Notes under the pieces: generated by a model
What the model was told of the DNA's origin: nothing
Seen by the model: the letters and a program-made list of their open reading frames with translations, nothing else
Database searches by the model: none
Position numbers and translations under genes: made by a program
Shown here: piece after piece, positions 45,997 through 54,769 of the stretch
How positions within the stretch are numbered: position 1 is the stretch's first letter
Layout of the letters: each line of letters begins with the position of its first letter
Origin: Bacillales bacterium UBA4951
GTDB taxonomy: Bacteria > Bacillota_I > Bacilli_A > RFN20 > CAG-826
Reading direction: 5' to 3'
DNA length: 57,753 nucleotides
Assembly: GCA_002397465.1 (NCBI GenBank)
Contig: DHAP01000032.1
Location: 1-57,753, forward strand

Positions 45997-46928
45997 TGGA
46001 AAACGCGAAAGCCAAAAAACATTTCGTCTTCCCCCGTCTGAAGGATAAGCGGGGCGGATTCCTGAACTTCTCGGATTACCGCAATCCATCCCATCGGATC
46101 GGATACGCCTTCATCATCATTTTCCTTTTGCTTTTCTCTTTCTTGGCCCTCTTCCCAATCATCTATTTGTTCGCCTCCTCCATGAAGAGCGTCACGGAGA
46201 TCAACTCCTCTCACTACACCTTCTTCCCGATCTATTGGGATTGGAACAAACTCCCGGTTTTATGGAGCAAAATCAACTTCGGCCGTTACTACCTGAATAC
46301 CTTGATATATGTCATTGGATGCGTCTTTTGCGGAGTTTTATTCAATTCATTGCTCGCTTATGGGGTCAATATCCTTAAGCCATTCGGCTACAAACTCATC
46401 GATAAGCTCATCTTCATCGGCTACATGATCCCAGCCACCTTGAACATCCTTCCCTTGTTCAAGGAGATCGTGGCGACGGGCATCCTCAACATGGATCAAG
46501 ACAGTTATCTTTTGTATCTGCCCTTATGGCTCAGCTTTGGCTCGAACGCCTATTACTACATGCTCTTCAAAGACTATTTTCTCCGTCTTCCAAAGTATCT
46601 ATTGGAAGCCGCGAAGATGGATGGCAGCAACGACGTCAAAGTCTTCACGAGGGTCGTGATCCCTCTTTCAAAACCCATCATCGGGATCGTGGCCATCTTC
46701 GCCATGACGGCTTCCTATTCCGATTTCTTATTGCCGTATCTCTGCCTCAGCAACCAGAACTATCAGACGGTCATGGTGGCCGTCTATAACCTCAGCAGCA
46801 CCACCGTCTTGGACACCAGCGAGTTCCTCTTGTTGCTCGTGATGTCGATCGTCCCTCAAATCGTTATTTTCCTCTTGTTCCAGCGCCAGATCATGGGTGC
46901 CGGCATGAGCAAGGGAAGCAAGGAGTGA
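45996..46928 (+). CDS. Carbohydrate ABC importer permease (MalG/UgpE type)
   Basis: The EAA loop is LEAAKMDGSNDVKVFTRVVIPLSKP. The start overlaps the upstream stop by 1 nt (TAATG). Confidence 0.88.
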   Translation: MENAKAKKHFVFPRLKDKRGGFLNFSDYRNPSHRIGYAFIIIFLLLFSFLALFPIIYLFASSMKSVTEINSSHYTFFPIYWDWNKLPVLWSKINFGRYYLNTLIYVIGCVFCGVLFNSLLAYGVNILKPFGYKLIDKLIFIGYMIPATLNILPLFKEIVATGILNMDQDSYLLYLPLWLSFGSNAYYYMLFKDYFLRLPKYLLEAAKMDGSNDVKVFTRVVIPLSKPIIGIVAIFAMTASYSDFLLPYLCLSNQNYQTVMVAVYNLSSTTVLDTSEFLLLLVMSIVPQIVIFLLFQRQIMGAGMSKGSKE

Positions 46929-46930
46929 AT

Positions 46931-49192
46931 ATGGCCAAGAAAAGCGATTCTTATCTGAGCGTGGAGAAAAACGCGATAGTCGAGAATGGGTTTCACAAAG
47001 AGAAAAACCAGGTCTCGGAATCTCTCTTTTCCCTTGGTAACGAATACTCGGGCGTCAGGGGGTTCTTTGAAGAGGGGGTCTCTCTTCCTTCTCTTATCGG
47101 GACTTACTATAACGGCATCATCGAGTATGGCCTAAAGGACACGCCGAACGCATATCTAGGCATCGCCAAAAGGACCCACTTCACCATCAACAGCACCAAC
47201 TACCTCAAAGCCATCATCATCATCGACGGGGTGAGGTTGGACTTAGGAAAAGAAGAAGTGGAGAGTTTCAAAAGAAGCCTCTCGTTCGATAACGGATTAT
47301 ATGAACGTTCTTTTTTCCTACATAGAGGCAAGAAGAAAATCGAGGTCTCCTTCAAAAGGATGCTGGGGATGAATAGTCCACATGAGGCCGTTCAAGAGAT
47401 AAGTTTCCTCTCATCCGAAGACGCGGATCTCGACATCACGATGTCCCTCGACGGGACGATCCTTCACTGGGGCGACCACAACTACTGGGAGAAGGGCGAC
47501 CATTATGAGTCTGATTGCGAGTATGGGCTATATCTCAAGACCCCGACCACCAAGCAAAGCCTTTTGAGTTTGATGAAGATCGAAGCCCCATGTTTGCCCA
47601 TCAAGACGGACAGTTTGGATAAAGAGATCGACGTCCATTATCATCTGACGCTCAAGAAAGGCATCAAAACCACCTTCACCCGTTACGTGATAAACATCGC
47701 CGACAAAAAAGGCACGCTTGATTACCCCTCTACCAAGAAGTCGGCATCAGAAGAACTTGATAGATTAGTCCACAAAGGACTGTTCGGCTTAACAAAGGAA
47801 AACGAGGAGTTCTTTGCTTTACGAAAGACAGCCAGCGACATCGAAATCGATGGCGACGAAAAAGACCAGCAGGGCATCAGGTTCTGCCTCTTCAACCTGC
47901 TCCAGGCTTACACGGGCTTGGACGGGGACGACAACATCGGGGCCAAAGGGCTGACGGGCGAGGCTTATAGCGGACATGCCTTCTGGGACTCCGAGACCTA
48001 TTGCCTGCCTTACTACCTATTCTCCAATGAGCAAGCCGCGAAAGATTTGCTTCTCTTCCGTTACCACACCTTGGAACAAGCTAAGAAGAGGGCCAAAGAG
48101 CTCGACTGCGAAGGGGCATGCTTTCCGATTGCCACAAGAAACGGCGAGGAGGCCTGCACGTTATGGCAGCACGCCTCAACCCAGCTTCAGCCCACCTCCG
48201 CGGTCGGCTACGCCATCTTCCATTACATGAACCTGTATGATGATGAATCCTTCTTGAGGGAATACGGGCTAGAGATGCTTTTGGAGATCTCGAAGTTCTT
48301 ATTGACCAGAGGGCAGTGGAATCAAACCCATACCCGCTTCGGATATTATGGCGTGATGGGCCCAGACGAATTTGAGGTCATGGTCAACCACAATACCTAC
48401 ACGAACTACATGGGCAAACGCATCATGTCTTATACCTTGTCGATCCTTCAGGATCCTAAGTACGAGAACAAGACTTTGCTAAAGCGTTGCGGTTATGATC
48501 AAAAACTTATCAACGAGATGAAAGAAGCCATCGAGAAGATGTGCATCCTTTATGACCCCAAGACCAAGCTTTACGAACAGCATCAGGGCTTCTATGATCT
48601 GCCCCATATCGACGTCGACAAGATCCCAGTCAGCGATTTCCCTCTCTATAGCCATTGGGCTTATGACCGCATCTTCAGGAACGACATGATCAAGCAGCCG
48701 GATGTCTTGATGTTCTTGTTCCTCTATGCGAGCGATTTCTCCAAAGAGGTCAAAAAAGCCAACTATGAATACTATGAGCCTCGCTGCATCCACGAGTCGT
48801 CTTTGTCGCCTTCCGTCCATTCCATCATCGCCGAGGAGATAGGCAAGGACGATGAGGCTTTGTCCTTCTTTGGCTTTGCCACCAGACTCGACCTCGATGA
48901 CTATAACCGCAACACCTCCGAGGGCCTTCATATGACCTCCATCGCCGCGGCCTGGATGAACATCGTCTATGGCTTCCTTGGATTACGTAGCGACAGGACT
49001 CCCTTGGCCATCAACCCCAAGCTCCCGAAACGTTGGAGCCATTATTCGGTCCGCCTCATGTACCATCACCGTCATCTGAAGTTTGACGTCTATCCTAACA
49101 AGCTGACGATCACTAACGAGGACGCCCCGGTGTCTTTGATCGTCTATGGTCAAAGCGTCATGGTCGACAAGCTCTATGAGGTCAATAGATGA
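46931..49192 (+). CDS. GH65-family disaccharide phosphorylase-like enzyme (kojibiose/nigerose/maltose phosphorylase class), copy 1
   Basis: SLGNEYSGVRGFFEEG (N-domain), GEAYSGHAFWDSETY, GPDEFEV (catalytic Glu motif) and YYEPRCIHESSLSPS are present. AAGGAG lies 7 nt upstream of the ATG at 46931. Confidence 0.8.
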   Translation: MAKKSDSYLSVEKNAIVENGFHKEKNQVSESLFSLGNEYSGVRGFFEEGVSLPSLIGTYYNGIIEYGLKDTPNAYLGIAKRTHFTINSTNYLKAIIIIDGVRLDLGKEEVESFKRSLSFDNGLYERSFFLHRGKKKIEVSFKRMLGMNSPHEAVQEISFLSSEDADLDITMSLDGTILHWGDHNYWEKGDHYESDCEYGLYLKTPTTKQSLLSLMKIEAPCLPIKTDSLDKEIDVHYHLTLKKGIKTTFTRYVINIADKKGTLDYPSTKKSASEELDRLVHKGLFGLTKENEEFFALRKTASDIEIDGDEKDQQGIRFCLFNLLQAYTGLDGDDNIGAKGLTGEAYSGHAFWDSETYCLPYYLFSNEQAAKDLLLFRYHTLEQAKKRAKELDCEGACFPIATRNGEEACTLWQHASTQLQPTSAVGYAIFHYMNLYDDESFLREYGLEMLLEISKFLLTRGQWNQTHTRFGYYGVMGPDEFEVMVNHNTYTNYMGKRIMSYTLSILQDPKYENKTLLKRCGYDQKLINEMKEAIEKMCILYDPKTKLYEQHQGFYDLPHIDVDKIPVSDFPLYSHWAYDRIFRNDMIKQPDVLMFLFLYASDFSKEVKKANYEYYEPRCIHESSLSPSVHSIIAEEIGKDDEALSFFGFATRLDLDDYNRNTSEGLHMTSIAAAWMNIVYGFLGLRSDRTPLAINPKLPKRWSHYSVRLMYHHRHLKFDVYPNKLTITNEDAPVSLIVYGQSVMVDKLYEVNR

Positions 49193-51276
49193 AGCCCTTC
49201 ATCGTGAACGGTTTTGATTATGAGAAGCACCTGCAGGAAGGCAATTCCTTTCTTATTGGCAATGGCCATTTAGGCTATAGAGGCACCCTTGAAGAGTATG
49301 GCAAAAAGGAAATGGGTTCTTTCAATCTAGTGGGGGTTTACGACCAATATCAGGACAAATGGCGGGAATCTTTGAATATGCCAAACCCTCTTTCGGTGAA
49401 GGCTTATGTCGATGATAAGGAAGAAAGTGTCCTAACAACAAAACCAAAATCACACCAGCTCAGCTTGTCTCTTGAAGAGGGCGTTCTTTCTAGAAAGAGC
49501 GAGTTCGAGGACTTCCTTTTCAGTAGCGAGAGATTCCTTTCTTCGAAGGATGATTCGCTTCTATGTTCCAAGATCGAAATCAAGGCTAAGAAGAACGTTT
49601 CTCTTTCTTTGAGGTATGGGATCGACACCGACATCTATGAGATCAATGGCCCGCACTTCAAAAAAGAGAACATCTCAGAAGATGGCCATTGCCTATATTG
49701 GATGGGGACCACGAACGAGGAAAAAATTCTCTTCGAGAGCGTCTCCTACCTCTTGTCCAAAAACGTTGAAACCACTTATTCAGATGGCTTCTTCATCAGC
49801 AAGGCAAACCTCAAACGCGGCGAGTCCCTCAAACTAGAAATCTTTGCGAGGGTGAACGAGCAAGCGGATGATTTTTCCACCTTGTTGGACGAAGACGAGA
49901 TAAGCGGTTTTGAGACCCGTAAAAAAGAACATGTCTCGATCTTCAAAAAGAAGTTTCATGATTCTCTCACGAGCTTCAAAGGGGATGAGGATGACTTTCC
50001 TTTGGCCTACAGCATTTATCAACTAAGGATTTTAGCGGACGAGAAAAGATGCCGTGGCATCCCCGCCAGAGGCGTTTCGGGCGAGGTCTATAAAGGCGCG
50101 AGTTTCTGGGACAGCGAGATCTTCCTTTTGCCTTTCTTTGCCTTGACTGACCCAGCGGTGGCCAAGAACCTTCTTTTATATAGGATCAAGACTCTTCCGG
50201 GAGCCAAGTCCAAGGCGGAGTCCTTTGGCTATAAGGGCGCTTTCTATGCTTGGGAGAGCCAAGAAGACGGAGTGGAACGTTGCAGCAAGTACAATGTCAC
50301 CGACCCCGTGAGCGGAGAGAAGATAAGAACCTACTTCAACGAGAAGCAAATCCACATCTCCGCGGACATCCCCTTTGCCTTCGAGAAGTATTTCTCTTTG
50401 ACCGGCGATTATTCCTTGTTGGACGAAGGGGCCAAGGACGTCTTGTGCGAGTGCGCGTTGTTCTTCCTTTCTTATTCAATTAAAGGTGATGACGGCTTAT
50501 ATCATCTTAACGACGTGATCGGGCCTGACGAATATCATGAACGGGTCAATGACAACGCCTTCACGAATTACATGGCCCACAACGCGGCCAAGCTGGCCCT
50601 CAAATACCTCGATGAGGATGATCCATCAAGAAAAGACATCGAGGATTTTGAGGAACATGTCTATCTGCCTAAGCCCAACGAAAAAGGAATCATTGAACAA
50701 TTCTCCGGTTACTTCAAACTCAAGGAGTCGACGCCCGACATCTTGAGGAAGAGCCTTAGAAACCCCCAAGACTATTGGGGAGGCAAAAACGGGGTGGCCA
50801 CCCCGACCCAAGTCATCAAACAAGCCGACGTCGTCGCGATGCTTGCCTTGTTGAAGGATGACTTCTCTTATGAGCTCAAGAAGGCCAATTACGATTATTA
50901 TTTCCCTAGGACGGAACATGGTTCCAGTTTGAGCGCCTCCATGTATTCGTTATTGGGGATTGAGGTCAAAGAAGAAAACTACGCCCTCAAGATGTATCAG
51001 AAGTCGGCGATGATCGACATCGTCGGGTCCTCAAAGGAGTTCGCCGGCGGGATCTATATCGGTGGCACCCACCCGGCCGCGAACGCCGGGGCCTACATCG
51101 CGATGGTCTATGGCTTTGCCGGTTGCAGCGTCGACGAAAAGCATCGCATCTCCTTCCAGGACCATCTCCCGAAAGGCATCGATAGCCTAGAGATCCACTA
51201 TTACGAGAAGGGCAAAAGAAAGGTTGCGACGCTGAACAAGAATTCGGCGATCTTCTACAAGGAGGAACAAAGATGA
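49189..51276 (+). CDS. GH65-family disaccharide phosphorylase-like enzyme, copy 2 (shorter, divergent)
   Basis: IGNGHLGYRGTLEE, GEVYKGASFWDSEIF, GPDEYHE and YYFPRTEHGSSLSAS are present. The start overlaps the copy-1 stop (ATGA). Confidence 0.8.
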   Translation: MKPFIVNGFDYEKHLQEGNSFLIGNGHLGYRGTLEEYGKKEMGSFNLVGVYDQYQDKWRESLNMPNPLSVKAYVDDKEESVLTTKPKSHQLSLSLEEGVLSRKSEFEDFLFSSERFLSSKDDSLLCSKIEIKAKKNVSLSLRYGIDTDIYEINGPHFKKENISEDGHCLYWMGTTNEEKILFESVSYLLSKNVETTYSDGFFISKANLKRGESLKLEIFARVNEQADDFSTLLDEDEISGFETRKKEHVSIFKKKFHDSLTSFKGDEDDFPLAYSIYQLRILADEKRCRGIPARGVSGEVYKGASFWDSEIFLLPFFALTDPAVAKNLLLYRIKTLPGAKSKAESFGYKGAFYAWESQEDGVERCSKYNVTDPVSGEKIRTYFNEKQIHISADIPFAFEKYFSLTGDYSLLDEGAKDVLCECALFFLSYSIKGDDGLYHLNDVIGPDEYHERVNDNAFTNYMAHNAAKLALKYLDEDDPSRKDIEDFEEHVYLPKPNEKGIIEQFSGYFKLKESTPDILRKSLRNPQDYWGGKNGVATPTQVIKQADVVAMLALLKDDFSYELKKANYDYYFPRTEHGSSLSASMYSLLGIEVKEENYALKMYQKSAMIDIVGSSKEFAGGIYIGGTHPAANAGAYIAMVYGFAGCSVDEKHRISFQDHLPKGIDSLEIHYYEKGKRKVATLNKNSAIFYKEEQR

Positions 51277-53069
51277 TAAAAGGAATCGTGTTTGATTTGG
51301 ATGGGGTCATCGTCTCGACCGACCATTATCATTATCTGGCTTGGAAGAGCATCGCCGACGAGGAGAAAATCCCTTTTGACGAAGAGACCAACAACCGCCT
51401 CCGCGGAGTGTCGAGAATGGCTTCTTTGGACATCATCCTCGAGAAGGCCAAGAAGGCTTATTCCCCAGAGGAAAAAGCTAAGTTGGCTGAGAAGAAAAAT
51501 GACATTTACCGTTCATTGTTAGCGAAGATGAGCCCAAAGGACGTGGACCCCGAAAATTTGGAAACCATCAAGGAATTACGGGCAAAAGGCCTCAAAACCG
51601 CGATTGGAAGCTCCAGCAAAAACGCCCCGTTCATTCTTGAAAAAATCGGTTTGGACAAGGCTTTTGACTATATTGTCGACGGCTCGATGATCAGCCACTC
51701 GAAACCAGACCCCGAAGTCTTTTTGAAGGCCGCGGCCGGATTAGGTTTGAAGCCTGAGGAATGTCTTGTGACGGAAGATGCTTATGCTGGCGTCGAGGCG
51801 GCCAAGAACGGCGGCTTCCTCGCCGTCGGAATCGGCGATGCCTCCAAAGACCCGGAGACCGACTATCCCATCAAGTCGTTGAAGGACATCTTCGAGGTCA
51901 TAAAGAAAAAGAATACCCCACGCATCCAGATATCACACCTTTATAAGACATACCCGAACGGGGTGGAGGCCACCAAGGATTTTTCTCTTGATGTCTATGA
52001 CCAGGAGTTCGTGTTTTTCGTCGGCCCTTCAGGGTGCGGCAAAAGCACGGTCCTAAGAATGATCGCCGGACTTGAGGACGTCACCTCGGGAAGCATCACT
52101 TTGGATGGGGAAGACATCACGGACAAAGAATCCAGCAAACGCGATTTGGCCATGGTCTTCCAGAACTACGCCTTGTATCCACATCTCTCGGTGAGGAAAA
52201 ACATCGCTTTCCCTCTTAACGTCAGCTCCGTTCCTTTTAAGCATTTCCTCGATTTCAAATACCGGAAAGCAAGAAAAGAAGAGATCGACAAAAAGGTCAA
52301 CGAGGCGGCAGAGATCATCGGCCTCACTGAATACCTAGACAGGAAGCCAGAGAATCTTTCGGGTGGGCAAAGGCAGAGGGTGGCCTTAGGGCGCGCCATC
52401 GTGAGAAACCCCAAAGCCTTCTTGCTTGATGAGCCGTTGAGTAACCTCGACGCGAAGATGCGCGTCAGCATGAGAAGCGAGATATCCCATCTCCACGAGA
52501 GACTCAAAGCCATCTTCATCTATGTCACCCACGACCAGACGGAAGCCATGACGATGGGCAGCAAAATCGTCGTTTTGAAAGAAGGAAGCATTCAGCAGGT
52601 AGGGACGCCGGAGAATATCTTCCTCAACCCAGTCAACACCTTTGTCGCCGGCTTCATCGGGACCCCTCAGATGAATTTCCTCTCGGGCATCGTCAGTAGG
52701 TCCAACGGCAAATACGTCATCAGCATCATGGGGCAAAAAGAGAAAATCGCCCTTCCTGTTGAGAGGATGAAAAATTTCAACGACAAGCATTGCAACGAAA
52801 AGCTCATCGTCGGAGTGAGGCCAAAGGCCATCTCCATCAAAGGCGACCTCTCATATGATCCAAAGCATTGCTTCGATGGCAAGATCTCGCTTTTTGAGCA
52901 GCTTGGAGAAGAGACGATCGTCTATCTTGACTACGAAGGGATGAAAGACGAACTCATCGCCTCGACGACGGGATTAGGACGTTTCCACAAAGGCGAGAAC
53001 ATCAGCTTCTCGATTGATTTGTCCTCGCTTTGCCTATTCGACGAGACCACCGGAGCGTCCTTGCTTTGA
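51273..53069 (+). CDS. Fusion protein: beta-phosphoglucomutase (HAD) domain + MalK/MsmX-type ABC importer ATPase with TOBE-like C-terminus
   Basis: aa 1-210 carry FDLDGVIVST, RGVSR, GSSSKN, SKPDPEVF and TEDAYAGVEAAKNGG. aa ~217-598 carry GPSGCGKST, VFQNYALYPH, LSGGQRQRVALGRA, FLLDEPLSNLDA and YVTHDQ. The frame is a single one with no stop. Confidence 0.85.
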   Translation: MIKGIVFDLDGVIVSTDHYHYLAWKSIADEEKIPFDEETNNRLRGVSRMASLDIILEKAKKAYSPEEKAKLAEKKNDIYRSLLAKMSPKDVDPENLETIKELRAKGLKTAIGSSSKNAPFILEKIGLDKAFDYIVDGSMISHSKPDPEVFLKAAAGLGLKPEECLVTEDAYAGVEAAKNGGFLAVGIGDASKDPETDYPIKSLKDIFEVIKKKNTPRIQISHLYKTYPNGVEATKDFSLDVYDQEFVFFVGPSGCGKSTVLRMIAGLEDVTSGSITLDGEDITDKESSKRDLAMVFQNYALYPHLSVRKNIAFPLNVSSVPFKHFLDFKYRKARKEEIDKKVNEAAEIIGLTEYLDRKPENLSGGQRQRVALGRAIVRNPKAFLLDEPLSNLDAKMRVSMRSEISHLHERLKAIFIYVTHDQTEAMTMGSKIVVLKEGSIQQVGTPENIFLNPVNTFVAGFIGTPQMNFLSGIVSRSNGKYVISIMGQKEKIALPVERMKNFNDKHCNEKLIVGVRPKAISIKGDLSYDPKHCFDGKISLFEQLGEETIVYLDYEGMKDELIASTTGLGRFHKGENISFSIDLSSLCLFDETTGASLL

Positions 53070-54769
53070 AGTGGAAGAGCCTTCTCATAGCCTTCTTTTC
53101 CTTTATGGTTTTATGTGTGCCCTCATGCGTAGCGGCGGGCGGTTCATCAACTGATTCAACAGTTAACTCAAACGACTCGGAAGTTAGCTCATACGAGAAA
53201 GACGAGGATGGCTTTTGCGTCCTTGAGGACGGTTATTTCGATAACAGCGTTGACCCATCAGACAAAGGCGAAGTCAGCCAAGTGAAGGTGGCCCCATTAT
53301 GCGATGGCATCGACATATATAAGAAGATGCGTCTATACGTGGCCGGGGTCCAAGTGCCTCTTTATCAGGTCATGGTAAATGAGTCCCACGCTTTCGACGC
53401 CGAGGCCAAGAACCGAATCCAAAACGCCTACGCTTCAGTTTCCTTAAAAGGCAAAGCCGAGTTCAGCCTTCAATGTGGTTTCAACCCTCAGAACGATTGC
53501 ACGATAAGACCGTCCTCTTTGGGCGTTAGTCCAAAGTTCGATGAGAATAGAAGGGTTGTCAAATTCACCATCACGACCCCTGGGCAATACACGATTGAGT
53601 TCCGCTCCAGCAGAGCCCTTCATCTTTTTGTCGATGAACTCAAAGAAGAGACATACAATTCATCCAATTGCGTCTACTTCGGTCCAGGTATTCACGATTC
53701 ATCCAATGACTCGAGAATCAATTCCAGCAACATCGTTAACTTAAAGAGCAATCAGACGGCTTATCTGGCATCCGGGGCTTTCGTGAAGGCCACATTCTCT
53801 TCTTATTCTTCATCCAACGTTTCGATATTAGGCCCTGGGGTAATCCTTCTATCGGGGTTCACCCGCTCCGTGGATCCAGATGAGCATACGTTAGGGATAG
53901 ACCTCTCTTTTGTCACAGGCGCCAGGCTTCAGGATTTCTCGATCATCGACCCGGCGGGGTGGGGGATGAATCTCTATTTTGATTCCGACGTCGATATCTC
54001 TAACTGCAAAATAATCTCTTCGAGGGCCAATGGAGACGGGATATCCGTTCAGTCATGCCAAGACGTTCATGTGAGCGGCTGTTTCGTCCGGACTTATGAC
54101 GATTCATTGGTGGTCAAAAACTATCCGATGTGGAGTGACAAGAGCGTCGAGGGCGTAACCAAGAACATCCATTTCGAGTCCTGTCTCATCTGGACTGACT
54201 TAGCCCAATCGATGGAGGTCGGCTATGAGACAGTCGGAGAGACGATGGATGATATTCTCTTCAACGACATCACCGTTTTGCATAACAACCATTTGGCGAT
54301 TTTCTCCATCCACAACGCGAACAACGCCCACATCAAAAACGTGACTTTCTCGAACATAACCGTCGAGAATGCCGATGAGGTCAATAACGGCGGAAAAAGG
54401 AAGATATTGGACTTTTGCAACGTTTTTCATCCCACTTGGAGCGTGAATCACAAGGTTACTTCCTTAGGCGATATCGATGGTGTGAATGTCAAAAACGTCA
54501 AAGTCATCAAGGCCGTCCAAGGCTTATGCCTCTCTATCAACGGGACAAGTGAAACACGTTCCGCCTACCCTAACGTCGAGCATCTTGTGAAGAATGTTTC
54601 GATTGAGGATTTTGAGATTTATGGATCCGTTCTCGCGAGGCCAAACGACATCATAGACGAAAGCCTTGATGAAAATGTCAGCTTCACCAAAAGCGGCGAT
54701 CCCGTGACCGGCGCGAGCATAAAAACTTCTGACGTCTCATCGTTCGGTTCTAATATCCAAGCCATCTAA
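53066..54769 (+). CDS. Beta-helix glycoside hydrolase lipoprotein, paralogue of 38288..40945 lacking the discoidin modules
   Basis: It has the same N-sandwich plus beta-helix core (SRANGDGISVQSC, TYDDSLVVKN, WTDLAQSMEVGYET identical to the paralogue). The start is uncertain. TTG at 53066 gives MKWKSLLIAFFSFMVLCVPSC, a signal or lipoprotein-like peptide. The ORF-track start at 53030 would overlap the upstream gene by 40 nt. Confidence 0.65.
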   Translation: MKWKSLLIAFFSFMVLCVPSCVAAGGSSTDSTVNSNDSEVSSYEKDEDGFCVLEDGYFDNSVDPSDKGEVSQVKVAPLCDGIDIYKKMRLYVAGVQVPLYQVMVNESHAFDAEAKNRIQNAYASVSLKGKAEFSLQCGFNPQNDCTIRPSSLGVSPKFDENRRVVKFTITTPGQYTIEFRSSRALHLFVDELKEETYNSSNCVYFGPGIHDSSNDSRINSSNIVNLKSNQTAYLASGAFVKATFSSYSSSNVSILGPGVILLSGFTRSVDPDEHTLGIDLSFVTGARLQDFSIIDPAGWGMNLYFDSDVDISNCKIISSRANGDGISVQSCQDVHVSGCFVRTYDDSLVVKNYPMWSDKSVEGVTKNIHFESCLIWTDLAQSMEVGYETVGETMDDILFNDITVLHNNHLAIFSIHNANNAHIKNVTFSNITVENADEVNNGGKRKILDFCNVFHPTWSVNHKVTSLGDIDGVNVKNVKVIKAVQGLCLSINGTSETRSAYPNVEHLVKNVSIEDFEIYGSVLARPNDIIDESLDENVSFTKSGDPVTGASIKTSDVSSFGSNIQAI

